Origin: Octopus sinensis
Taxonomy: Eukaryota
Direction of reading: 5' to 3'
DNA: 64,000 bases
NCBI RefSeq assembly: GCF_006345805.1
Contig: NC_043012.1
Coordinates: 37,572,001 to 37,636,000 of the forward strand
Within the stretch, counting starts at the first letter, position 1, and each line of letters begins with the position of its first letter. The notes under the pieces are model-generated. The model did not search any database. It had not been told where the DNA came from and worked only from the letters and a program-made list of their open reading frames with translations. Made by a program: the position numbers and the translations under genes. This document shows positions 23,191 to 35,944 of the stretch, one piece after another.

Positions 23191-25022
23191 TATACACACA
23201 CACATACATATTATGGCATCTATTAGACTATCAGGTGTTGTTATACATTGCTGGTTACAATGTGCTTCATATTGTTTTAGCTTTCATATGATGCCACCCT
23301 GCTGGACAAGCAAGCAGGGCAACATTACCTCTGATCAGAAGGTTATCCTGTTGCAGGGGTGACCCATTTACAGCTGAGTGGACTGGAGCAACATGAAATG
23401 AAGTGATTTTCTGAAGAACACAATGTACCATGTGCAACACGCTAACCGCTAGACCACATACACACTCACAAATGCATTAAAAGGGAGAAAAAAATGACAG
23501 CAAGCAAGCTTTCTTTACAAACAGAATGTTAACTAAACATTCAGTTGCTGAGGCAAGCATCTATTTGTCTGACCACAAGATAGCAGCAGTTCAATAATAG
23601 AAGTTTTAGAGTCCATGCTTTTGGCAGTGGTGGTGGTGGTGGTTTTTTTGTTTGTTTTTTTTTTGGTCCTAGTTGATAACGACTTCACTGGCCAACTACC
23701 AATATTCACTTGCCAACAAGACTAAATTAATCATGAAAAATATATTGAAGAAATCAATTCAATGATTCACAACCAATTGTTAGCTACAGCCCATTTTACT
23801 AATAGTGGGGAGGCAGGTGGCAGGGGCAGGTAAAAGTATTTCTGTAACAATAAATGGATTTCATTTCTTCAGTTATTCTATACTGGTCAAGAGTAAACTG
23901 TGGCCCACAAGACACAGGGCCCAGAGCACTTTCTAAATGGCAGGCCAACAAGAAATTACCTGGAATTTTTCTAGTAGTGTAGCCTGCTTGATGATGAGGA
24001 CGATGATGTCTTATGTGCCCACTTCTCAAATAAGATTGTCCATGCCTGTTCTATATTCTAACCCTGTTTCTAAGGGGCAGGAAGTGAGTTGGCAAGCAAG
24101 AAACAGAGAGCAATGTTTTAAGGTCAATTCTTGACATTTCTGAGTTCATATAAGTACCAGTGATATATCAGGACATTCAATGGACTATATACACACCTGT
24201 CCCTTTATCTCAGTCTGTCCCCTCAAACTTAAGAAAAATTGCTTATAGTGAGTCAGCAGATATGTGTAGAGATCACATCACCTTGTTATACCTCCTTACC
24301 TAGCAAACATACACCTGATAAGTGCCTTACATTATTTAATGGCTGTGTTACCTTTGAGAAACATTTTTTTTTAATTATCAAAATGAAAATTCTCCTAGAA
24401 AGATTAAAGGACTGTTAAACTTTCATCCATCTGTCAGATGTTTGCAATGAATGGACGACAACAAAATCATATGAGCGATGCACCACTTTGGTGGCCAACC
24501 ATGGTAACACAAAACATCACAGCCAAAAATACAAGTTTTACATTCTGTACTGCAACTCTCCTGACTAAAATACAAACAATACAGTTGATCTGGAAAAAGA
24601 TAAAGTTGAAACACAATACTCGTTTCACATAGTCTATGTATGATAAATTTATAGTTTCATAGTTTATTCTGGTATGTTGTCAAAGCATTACATGCACAAA
24701 TTATGAACTTCACCCAGCAAAACCACTTTGAAATATCTTTCAAAAAGTGTGTAACAAAACAAATTTATTTTTCGATTTCCACAAAATATACTTGTAAAAT
24801 GAAAGGTGCATCTCATGCAAGAGTGCTTCTTATGTGTTAGCAAATAATTGCTTTTATTATTTTCTAATTTTTTTTTTATTCTGATAACAACAAAATCTTG
24901 TATTTCATGGAACTGTGAAGTTCATGCCTTTCCTAAGGGTATAATTTGCATTAAGAAAGTGAATTTGCATCAATAGAGACAGGAGCCTGCATGTAACTTG
25001 CCCGTGCAGTGTCCATAAGTAC

Positions 25023-25401
25023 TTATTACCTCTGCCTTAGTGAAGGGGGGGGGGGTATTCTTTTCAGTCATGTTTGTTTGTTTGTCTGTGGGCAAGATAA
25101 CTCAAGAACCACTGGATGGATTTCAATTAAACTTTCAGGGATGTTTGGCCTCATGACTGGCATGAACTGATTAGATTTTGGGATCGATCCAGTACCGGAC
25201 AAGGATTCTGGATTACTTTTACGTTTTTTTTTTTTTTTTATTAATTTTCGAGAGTGGACAGGTTCATTTTAAGCATTCTTGTTTGTGAAAGCAGTTGAGT
25301 TTATTTCAGATATTCTCATTTTAAAAATTATCTCTGGCTAATCGTTGAGAGGACATTGGTGTTGCCTTGGCAGAGGTTTGCACTCTCTCAGTGCTCTTGT
25401 T
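25023..25401 (+). mobile_element. Helentron-associated non-autonomous element (HINE/DINE-1-like)
   Basis: Subterminal IR cctctgcc(tt)ag / ccttggcagagg, (GTTT)n near the 5' end, 3' palindrome gcactctctcagtgc, T-rich flanks. Confidence 0.75.
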
Positions 25402-26301
25402 ATTATTGTGATGTAAGGCAGTACCAGTTACAGACTGGAGGTCAATGCAGTTGACAATAATCATTTCCTTATAAAATGCTGTTTGGCTCTAGTTCAACCC
25501 TCATCAGGCACACCTGAACAAAAGTTTGTCAATTATGACCATTTTCTTTCATTTTAAGCAATGTGTATCTAGGACTACATTATGCAATGCATTCCTTCTA
25601 TTGTATTCTAGACATGTGGTCTAACTGTCAGACGGTTGCACTGAAATTCACATGATTGTGGTTTCGATTCCTGGAACAGGTGGTGCACTGTGTTCTTGAA
25701 CAAGACAATTCATCTCCCGTTGCTTTCAAATCCCTTTGACATCTAATGTGCAGCACTCTGTTCACCTGTACATAGCAATGCCAAGCGAGATTATGGGCAG
25801 CACAAACATTTGGTCACTATAAATAAATGATCCATGCAGTTTGTTAAGCAATTAGTTGCAGAACCACCTTTCTCAAACATAAGAGACAACCGTTAGATCC
25901 TAATCTGATAGGGTGTGATTTGAGAAAAGCAAGTCATAGCCCCTATGTGATTCACACTTTTATTGAGCTGTTGAAAGAGATCTCTCTCATGAAAACAGAA
26001 CCATTGAAGAGTAAGCTTCTCTAAAGCTACAGAAACATCAGTTGAAGTACCCTATAGTATGTTTAACAGGTAATTTAGTGTTAACATATGTGGAGCATTA
26101 AAAAGTTAATTGGATTAATTTGTAGTTTTATGGATCAAAATTCAAATCCCACTTAAGTGTATTTAATACATCAATGTTAATGTTACAAAATAAAGATTGA
26201 GTGCCAATAATTCTATGCGAAAGCAAGGATGAAAGAACAATCAAAGTACAGAACAGCAAAGTACCACAGTCAACAGTAGAGCTTACTTCTAATACACAGA
26301 A

Positions 26302-26503
26302 ACCATATTTTCAAGCAGATAAGTTGAACTTTTCAGACCAAAATAAATAACCAAAGAGGTGGGTCAACTTATACACCCAGTCGACTTTGGAGGACCAGAA
26401 ATTCCTTGTGAAATTCACCAGGTTTCGGAAAGATAGTAACAATGTTTGAATATTCACACTATGTTTATTATATACATCGGCTCATATGCCAGAAAATATG
26501 GTA
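26302..26503. mobile_element. pogo/Tigger-type MITE
   Basis: TIR accatattttc...ataag / ctcatatgccagaaaatatggta. Related copies at about 5640-5798 (inverted) and 27197-27387. Confidence 0.55.
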
Positions 26504-27800
26504 CAATGTTATAGGGTAACTGACTTGCTAAAAATAGCAGCCAAACTTTCTTTCTGATTTCATTGTACTGTCTTAAAAATGAACACACTGAATAGTGTTA
26601 TCCAAGATGCACTATGCCTGGTTGTGACCTGTCTGCTTCAACAAGACCAACAATATGCTGTAATTTATTGGATTCTTTGGAATTATAGGAGATGGAAGGA
26701 GAATGCCGGTGAAGGTAGCCGTGTCTTTTATCAGAACATATTCAAATGAGTTAAAATTAATTAACAAATAATTAAAAATCACAGATTACTAATCAACAGT
26801 TTTATTTCTCCACCTCATAAAATTCCTCTGGAGAAGAAAGTTAAGCAGAAGTAGTGGACAAGGTTCAACCAAGTGGTTTAGAAGTTCACATTACAATGTT
26901 AAGGTTCTAGGTTCAGTCTTTACTGTAAGATATTTTGGCAAAGAATCTTTTACCACAGTTGTGGGCCAACCCAAGTGTTGTAACTGAAAGTGTGAGGAAA
27001 CCCTTGAGCTGGGCTGACCAGCCTTGTTATACAGGGTAACACATTAAGCCATCTACCTGAGCTTTATGTTAAAGGGACTAGAATCTGAGAAATACTCAGT
27101 CAGATATAATTCAACAAGAACCAAGTTCAGTGAATGAATAACTTAAAAGTTATGCCAATGGACACCCATTTATAATTCTTTTATTCTCTATATTACTATG
27201 TTTTCTAGCATAGAAGTTGAATTTTTCAAACCAAAATTTACAGCCATGTTCAAAAAAAAAAACAAAACTGGTAGATGACTTTGGAAAACCAAAATTTCCA
27301 TATGAAATGCAACAGGATTTGGAAAGATAAGGACAGCATTTGAATGTTTAGACTATAAACTATGCAGACCTGTATACCAGAAAATAAAGAGAGAGCGTGT
27401 GTGTTTGTTTCCTAGTGTGTGTTAGGAAATGTATGTGCATCTGTATGCCTGTGTGTGTATATTAAGTTAAATCATTAAGGTGGTTTTAAATCCATTTTTC
27501 ATGCTTGCATGCATGTGGTGGTTTATTTCAGGGAGTAATTGCTTTCACAGCTGGATGCCCTTCCTACTCTAACCATTCAACCGTGAAAGTCAGAGCAAAC
27601 AGAGTCTGGTTTATGCTTAGTGGGGCAAATACAGTAAAAGCCAGCAATTATAGAGCTGTAGGATTTTGTTCAAATAAATAACACAATCACTGTAGTGAGA
27701 ATTGAAATTATATTCATGTGGTTATCAATGGTCCAGTAACATCTTACAGCTATGCTGCAGTCCATATAATCATTATTGATATCTATATATAATTTTTACG

Positions 27801-27853
<53 letters not shown>

Positions 27854-27867
27854 TGTAATATATATTA

Positions 27868-28256
27868 CGCTTTTACTTGTTTCAGTCATTTGACTGCGGC
27901 CATGCTGGAGCACCGCCTTTAATCGAGCAACTCGACCCCAGGACTTATTCTTTTGTAAGCCCAGTACTTATTGTATCGGTCTCTTTTGCCGAACTGCTAA
28001 GTAACGGGGACATAAACACACCAGCATCGGTTGTCAAGCAATACTAGGGGGACAAACACACACACGCATATATATATATATATATATACATATATACGAC
28101 GGGCTTCTTTCAGTTTCCGCCTACCAAATCCACTCACAAGGCTTTGGTCGGCCCGAGGCTATAGTAGAAGACATTTGCCCAAGGTGCCATGCAGTGGGAC
28201 TGAACCCAGAAACATGTGGTTGGTAAACAAGCTACTTACCACACAGCCACTCCTGT
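27868..28256 (-). mobile_element. SINE family A (young copy)
   Basis: CpG-retaining complete copy. Confidence 0.9.
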
Positions 28257-28420
28257 GCATATATATATACACCACACCATGTATATATATACACACGTGT
28301 GTGTATATATATATATATATATTATTATATACACAACACATGTAATATATATACACACACACATGTATATATATATATATATATACACACACATGTATAT
28401 ATATATACATACACACACAC

Positions 28421-28468
<48 letters not shown>

Positions 28469-28793
28469 CACACCACACACACACACACAATGTATATATA
28501 TATTATATATATAATATATATATATTATATAATAATATATATATATGTATATACACTCACATGTATATATATATATACACACACTCTATATATATATATG
28601 TAGGTCCCGGGTTGATTTGGGGTTAACCACAGTAAATAAGGTACTCAATACATAGCAGAGTAAAATTAATTTATTATATAGAAGGAGCTTCTACAGGACT
28701 AGAACTGTTTCATTCAAGAGAAATCTTCAGGAAAGATTTCTCTTGAATGAAACAGTTCTAGTCCTGTAGAAGCTCCTTCTATATAATAAATAT

Positions 28794-28825
<32 letters not shown>

Positions 28826-28833
28826 ACACTCAC

Positions 28834-28892
<59 letters not shown>

Positions 28893-28902
28893 TCTATATA
28901 TG

Positions 28903-28936
<34 letters not shown>

Positions 28937-29017
28937 TCTATATATGTATATATATATATATATATATACACACCACATCTATATAATATATATATATATA
29001 TATTATATACACACACA

Positions 29018-29067
<50 letters not shown>

Positions 29068-29074
29068 TCTATAT

Positions 29075-29116
<42 letters not shown>

Positions 29117-29154
29117 ATAATAATATATATACACACATCTATATATATATATAT
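28256..29154. repeat. Compound (TA)n/(CA)n array with higher-order unit acacacacatc(ta)n
   Basis: Direct inspection; interrupted by the 28600-28791 element. Confidence 0.9.
28600..28791 (-). mobile_element. Penelope-like pLTR fragment with a perfect 59-bp hairpin
   Basis: Arms 28669-28727 and 28733-28791 are exact reverse complements; loop CAGGA; CTGAAGA...GAAAC...GTC on the minus strand. Confidence 0.55.
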
Positions 29155-29575
29155 CATCATCATCATCGTTTAGCGTCCGTTTTCCATGCTAGCATGGGTT
29201 GGACGGTTCTACTGGGGTCTGTGAAGCCAGAAGGCTTCATCAGGCCCAGTCAAATCTGGCAGTGTTTCTACGGCTGGATGCCCTTCCTAACGCCAACCAC
29301 TCCGAGAGTGTAGTGGGTGCTTTTTACGTGCCACCCGCACTGGTGCCAGACAGAGCTGGCAAACGGCCACGAACGGATGGTGCTTTTTATGTGTCACCGG
29401 CACGAGGGCCAGGCGTGGCTGGCAACGGACATGAACGGATGGTGCTTTTTACGTGCCACCGGCACGAAGCCAGTCAGGGTGGCGCTGGCAACGGTCGCGA
29501 AACAGAAGGTTCTCTTACATGCCACCGGCACTGGTAACACATCTGCAATTTCCATTGATCGATTTCGATTCTGAT
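29155..29575 (-). mobile_element. RTE 3'UTR fragment inserted in (TA)n
   Basis: catcatcatcgtttagcgtccgttttccatgctagc... with four internal units; TA arrays on both sides. Confidence 0.85.
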
Positions 29576-30685
29576 CCTGATATATATATATATATATACA
29601 TACACATGTATATATATATCTCTTATTATAAAAGGCAGATTTTATCTGCCTCCCTTTGTAAGTTATAGAAATCTACAATATAGGATTTCTTCAATTACAA
29701 TTTACCTAGCATTTTTAAGAGTAGAATGCATCGGGTCATGCCAGGTCCGGTTTTTTAAATTTCAACCCCAATAAGCAAAATTTAGAGAAAACTCACATTC
29801 TGGTGTATATGTCAAATGTTTTTCTTAATGTGGGATACACCACACGCAAACGCACACACACACAAAGGGAGCGGCGACTGTTTCACTGACGCTATCACCC
29901 TTCTCCTCCTTTGTCTTTGCAAGTTTGCAGCTATTAAAGTGAAAACAGTGAATCCGACAGCGATTAAGAAAATGAATTGGTACCTGAATGGAGTGAAAAT
30001 TTAAAAACTGTTCTTTCGGTGATTTTTCTGAGAGAAACTGCACCAAGCCACAGACTTTCCCAGAAGAGTATAAAGCCTTAAACTATTTCTTTTTACTTTT
30101 TCGAATGAGCCTATTTGAAATCATTACGCTAGACGTAAACAAAGCGAAAGAAAGGATAGTTTGTTATTTCCCACAACCTTAAATTAAATTAAGGCTTATT
30201 TTGCCATAAATATTATTATGGGTATCAGAAAGTTACCCAGAATAACAAATTCTATCGTAAAATTTTGTTGTATACCCAATTGAATATTAGCTAATAACCC
30301 ATTTTCTATAGCAATATTTGAACAAAATTTTAATAATTTTATATATTGTTGAATTTACCTGTATCTACCTGCAATTAGAGTCACTTTGTGACAAAAATTA
30401 TAGTATAGAATTGGTTGAGAACATTTCACTAAATATCTTCCAAAAATCAGATTAATATATCATAAATAAAAAAGTTATAGTTGTTTATGAAACCAGACTA
30501 AATTTATGATTACGTTAGGAATTAATTGAAACACTAAGGGGTGTATTTTGTCAGAAATATAGTAACGAAAGGGTTAAGAAAAACCAAAAAATATTTTATT
30601 CTTTATAAATGTTGTATTGAAAATAACATTTTCTTTTAAGAATGTGTATATAACAAAGTATGTGTATATAACTACGTGACTTATA

Positions 30686-31078
30686 TCTTTATATATAAAG
30701 GTGAAGTTGTGTGTCTGTCTCCTACGATTTAGATTCGTAACTACTCCCACATTTTGCGGTGCAGTGTAACCAAAACCGGGTATCTTATAGTCGTGAGTCA
30801 TATCGAGCCTTTCTGGGTATTAGCGCGCGTCTACGATGAGTCTATGATATAAAAAAATTTACCATCATATTTTTCCATTTTAATGCATTTTTTTCGCTAT
30901 TATATAAGGGAAGTAACTCTCTAAAAATATCTACGATGTGTCAAAGATTTAAAAAGAAATTTACCTTAATTTTTTTCCATTTTAATGCATTTCTTTCATA
31001 TTTTTGGCTATAACTCTCTAAAAATGCTTATATAGTTATTTCCCTTACAAACCCGAGCAACGCCGGGCGATACTGCTA
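30686..31078 (+). mobile_element. Non-autonomous Helitron
   Basis: 5' a|TCTTTATATATAAA; 3' hairpin cccgagcaacgccggg followed by ...ctgcta(g) at the gap edge. Confidence 0.75.
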
Positions 31079-31178
31079 NNNNNNNNNNNNNNNNNNNNNN
31101 NNNNNNNNNNNNNNNNNNNNNNNNNNNNNNNNNNNNNNNNNNNNNNNNNNNNNNNNNNNNNNNNNNNNNNNNNNNNNN
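31079..31178. other. Assembly gap (100 N)
   Basis: Run of N. Confidence 1.
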
Positions 31179-31563
31179 GACTGCCTTATAAAAATAGAAG
31201 AAGTTCTAATCACATTAGAATAACAAGTGTACTTTTTATGGGAGACTTCAATCTACCCAATGTCAGATGGCCCGAGGGCCTTTCTCTCCCAGGAATGACA
31301 CGATGTGAACGAGGACAGGTGAGGTCCCTCCTGAACCTCATCAACACTCTGTACATGGAGCAAGTAATACTCCAACCAACCAGGGCAGGTAACACACTGG
31401 ATATCTGCTTCACAAATAATATGGATCTCATCCATAATGTGAAAGTGACACCGACACTACTCTCGGATCACAACATGGTAGAGCTGACCATGTACGGGCC
31501 AAAGGAAAGCATGGACATGCAGCCTACAAGAAACCCTCACAATCTTTCCAGCTTGAACTTCCA
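31179..31563 (+). mobile_element. CR1-type APE endonuclease C-terminal fragment
   Basis: MGDFNLPNVRW...EQVILQPTRAGNTLDICFTN...LSDHNMV. Confidence 0.8.
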
Positions 31564-33406
31564 TATCTGGTGGTCAATGAGGAAACTAGGGATAGATGAA
31601 TGGTTAGTGAGAGCTGTGCGTGCCATGTACAGGGACGCTGTAAGGTAAGGGTTGGCAACAAGTACACTGAAGAATTCAAAGTAGAGGTTGGGGTCCACCA
31701 GGGTTCAGTCCTCAGCCACCTCCTATTTATCATAGTCCTCCAGGCAATAACGGAGGAATTCAAGACAGGATGCCCCTGGGAGCTCCTCTATGCTGACGAC
31801 CTTGGTCTAATTGCTGAGTCACTATCAGAACTAGAGGAGAAGTTTCAAGTGTGGAAACAAGGATTAGAATCGAAGGGCCTTAAAATCAACCTACTTAAAA
31901 CCAAAGTCCTAATAAGTAGGAAGGCAGGCAAATCACAAATCCCTTCAGGTAGATGGCCTTACTCGATCTCTAGTAGAGGCGTAGGTAGAAACTCTATAAG
32001 ATGTACCCAGTTTAAGCTATGGACACATAAGAGGTGCAGTAATATCAAAGGAAGGCTAACTGGGAAGATAGTTTTTGTCTGTGGCAGATGCTTGGGAGCG
32101 ATAAATACTGAAAATGAGCAGAGACCATCTTCCGCTACATTCCAGGGAGAAAAACTTGAAATAGTTGATAGTTTCCATTATCTAGGTGACCAAGTCAGTA
32201 GCGGGGGTAGGTGTGTTGAAAGTGTAACTGCTAGAGTAAGAATAGCTAGGACAAAGTTCAGAGAGCTCTTACCTCTGCTGGTGACAAAGGGCCTCTCGCT
32301 CAGAGTGAAAGGTAGACTGTATGATGCATGTGTACGAACAGCCATGCTACATGGCAGTGAAACATGGGCTGTGACTGTTGGGGACATGCGTAAGCTCGCA
32401 AGGAATGAAGCCAGTATGATCCGATGGATGTGTAATGTCAGTGTGCATACTTGACAGAGTGTAAGTACCTTGAGAGAAAAGCTGAACCTAAGAAGCATCA
32501 GTTGTGGTGTGCAAGAGAAACGTTTGCGCTGGTATGGTCATGTGGCGAGAATGGATGAAGATAGTTGTGTGAAAAAGTGCCACACCCTAGCAGTTGAGGG
32601 AACCCGTGGAAGAGGTAGACCCAGGAAGACCTGGGATGAAGTGGTGAAGCACGACCATCGGACATTAGGCCTCACCAAGGAAATGACTAGTGACCGAGAC
32701 TTTTGGAAATATGCTGTGCTCAAGAAGACACGGCAAGCCAAATGAGACCATAACCCGTGGCCTATGCCAGGAGCGTAACCAGCCCACTTATGCGTACCTT
32801 TTCCCTTCTTTGATCACTAAACTCTGCTTGCGAAGACCTGTTGAGGCAAGTGAAATCAAAATCAATTCGATGACTGGCATTCGTGCTAGCAGGGTTCAAA
32901 GCGCACCATACAAGTGTGATCGTTGACAGAGCGGCTATTCGAGTAATAATGTTACCAGCATCACCTTACTGGCACTTATGCCTGTGCTAGTAGGGTGCCA
33001 AGAGCACCATCCAAGCGTGATCGTTGCCAGAGCAGTCAACTGGCTTCTGTACCCGTGGCATGTAAAAGGACACCATTCAAGCGTGATCGTTGCCAGAGCA
33101 GCCAACTGGCTTCTGTGAACATGGCACGTAAAAGGGCACCATTTGAGCATGATCGTTACCAATGTCGCTTCGGTGGCACATGTAAAAAGATTCGAGCGAG
33201 GTCGTTGCCAGTGCCTGTGGCACGTAAAAAGCACCCACTACACTCTCGGAGTGGTTGGCATTAGGAAGGGCATCCAGCTGTAGAACCTCTGCCAGATCAA
33301 GATTGGAGCCTGGTGCAGCCATCTGGCTCGCCAGCCCTCAGTCAAAATCATCCAACCCATGCTAGCACGGAAAACGGATGTTAAACGATGATGATGATGA
33401 TGATGA
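31564..33406 (+). mobile_element. 5'-truncated RTE LINE (RT C-terminal half, 3'UTR, (GAT)n tail)
   Basis: ORF 31600-32454 with QGSVLSH, YADD and YLGDQ; continues in 32470-32745; same family as the 56900 copy. Confidence 0.95.
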
Positions 33407-33492
33407 TATATACATATATATAATATATACATATATATATATACATACATAGATACACACACAGACACACACATACATACATATATATGTGT

Positions 33493-33870
33493 GTAGGCAA
33501 GGCAGTACGATTGAAAAGCTTACTTCTGAAGCATGTGGTTTTTAGGTTCAGCCCCACTGCATGCTACCTAGGCCATGTGTCTTCCACAATATCCCTGGGA
33601 CAACCAAAAGCATTGTGGATGGATTTGATAAAAGGAAACTGAAAGTCTGTCACACAAACATATACATATATATACATATATATACATATACATATATATA
33701 CATATATATATACATATACGACAGGCTTTTTTTATACATGTGTGTGTGTGTGCATGTGTTTATGTTGTGCTTGTTCCTCAGCACTACATGACAACAGGTG
33801 TTGGTTTGTTTATGTCCCCGTAACTTAAACAGTTCTGCAAAAAAAAGACCAATAAAACAAGTACTTAAAA
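33493..33870 (+). mobile_element. SINE family A (degenerate)
   Basis: Decayed head and body. Confidence 0.65.
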
Positions 33871-35074
33871 CCCCTTCAAGGCAGAATGAGGAGTGGATTT
33901 GGTAGATAGAAACTGAAGGAATCCCATCACATGCACACACGTGTGTGTGTGTGTGTGTTGACAATGAGTGATTGTTGTAAAGAAATGTCACCACCACACA
34001 AGGCAGTATGATTGAAAAGCTTACTTCTCAACCACGTGGCTTTAGGTTCCGCAAACTCAATGAAAACCTATCTGGCCATAGTGGAGAAATACGACCTAGT
34101 TTGGGAATAGGGTTGGTGACAGGAGATGTATCCAGCTGTAGAAAAATCTGCCTCAACAAATTTCATCTAACCCATGCAAGCACAGAAAAATGGACGTCAT
34201 GACAATGATGATGGATGACTGACATCCATTCACACACAAATGAGTTTTACTTTATTTTCTCCACAAAAAAAAACACACAAGTAAGCATAAGATTAATTAA
34301 TTCTCAAAGAAAGAAAACAAGAAACAATACAAATTTTTTTGTTGATTTAAAAAGAATTTTTTTTTTGGTCTTTTGCTCATCTTTCTTCTAAAATCCGCAA
34401 TTCTGAAAAATGTAGCTTGTGTGACTGGATAGCACAACAATCTAACACTCCAAAATTCCTCATGTACTGCAGGAGTTATTATTATTATTATTATTATTAT
34501 CTGCAGTATTAAAAACACTGGCTGGCATTAACTGACATTATACAAGTGTGCAGCTTAAATGGCGCAATTCAAAGAGCAGAACAAAGAGGCCTTTATTAAC
34601 AAGAACAATAATTTGGCTCCAAACCCAGCAACCTTAGTCAAATAAATAATCAACACACAAAAAGAAATGTTGTTGCTGTTGTTATTATTATTAATAGACA
34701 CTGATACTTCCTGACCCCTCCCCTCAAAAATTGCTGGCACTGTGCCTATATTAGAAAGAATTATTATTATTCTGTCGACCATAATAATGATAATAATAAT
34801 AATAATAATAATAACAATAATAATAATAACAATAATACTAAAAGAAGGGCTCTTGCCATGTGGATCAGGTGCCCGTGGCTTTTATGGGTTTCTCCCCGAG
34901 TAACCTTTAAAGCACCTCCCCCTATTGGGAGATTTTTAGTTGTTATATTGTTTTATCATTATCAAATGTTTACACAAATGCTTTTCTTTTTTTTACAAAA
35001 CCCTTTGTATATCATCTTGTGTTGTCCTTGAACGTTTTTATTTTTATTAGCCCTTGTGGCCAATAAAAGAATGA

Positions 35075-35107
<33 letters not shown>

Positions 35108-35163
35108 AATTGCTGGTACTACCTGACCCCTACCCTCAAAAATTGCTAGCGTCATCATCATCA

Positions 35164-35198
<35 letters not shown>

Positions 35199-35199
35199 T

Positions 35200-35411
35200 A
35201 GGGTGGCAAGATGGCAAAGTTGTTACTGCACCAGGCAAAATGCTTAGCAACATTTCATTCATTGTCAGCTTCCAAGTTCAGATTCTGCTGAGGTTGACTT
35301 TACCTTGACCCCATTGATAAACTGGTACTTAATTTATCGATCTCAACAGGATGACAGGCAATCAACTTACCCCCTTCCCTGAAATTGTGACCTAGTGCCA
35401 TAATTTGAAAC

Positions 35412-35412
<1 letters not shown>
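35200..35412 (+). mobile_element. SINE family B (internally deleted)
   Basis: agggtggcaagatggcaaag...aagttcagattctgctgaggttgactttacc. Other remnants at about 36545-36625 and 61165-61400. Confidence 0.7.
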
Positions 35413-35445
<33 letters not shown>

Positions 35446-35619
35446 AAGGAAATCCTTATTAGAATCATTATTGGTTTGACATGGGTTCATTCTTACTCTT
35501 GGTAGGATTTATGTGGGTAGCAGGTTACTACCTGTAACCCAAGGTATCAACAAGCTTTCGATAGTCTTTCAAGTGCTTTTAAGACCCTCCTGATAAACTT
35601 TCCTGTCCCTAACTTTCTG

Positions 35620-35935
35620 GTACTAGTACCACATAAAAAGCACCCATGCAAGTGCCATGTAGAAACCACACGTACTGGTGTCACATGGAGAGCACCAGTG
35701 TTGGTGCCATGTAAAAAGGCACTCATGCTGTGTGCCATGTAAAAAAAAAAAGCTGGCACTGAATATAAAGCACTGGTGCTGGTACCAAGGGAAAAAAAAA
35801 AAGCACCTGGTACACTCTGTTAAATGGTTGGCCTGAGAAAGGGCATCCAGCTGTACAGACGATGCCAAAACAGACAATTGGAGCCTAGTGCAACTTTCTG
35901 GCTTGCCAGCCCCTGTCAAACCAGCCAATTGTTCC
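35620..35935 (+). mobile_element. Degenerate RTE 3'UTR fragment interrupted by an LTR-like insert
   Basis: Repeated cat/taaaaagcacc units and gggcatccagctgta; resumes as cagcatgggaaa at about 36229. Confidence 0.6.
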
Positions 35936-35944
35936 TCCCATGGG

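Noticed and set aside
23958-24130. CAG|GTAATT donor with a His-containing short ORF
   Set aside because: There is no upstream acceptor, and stops occur in the phase-compatible frame.
28031-29166. Many YI/CV-rich ORFs in the ORF track (also 49277-49921, 54788-55339, 60382-60849)
   Set aside because: These are translations of (TA)n/(CA)n microsatellites.
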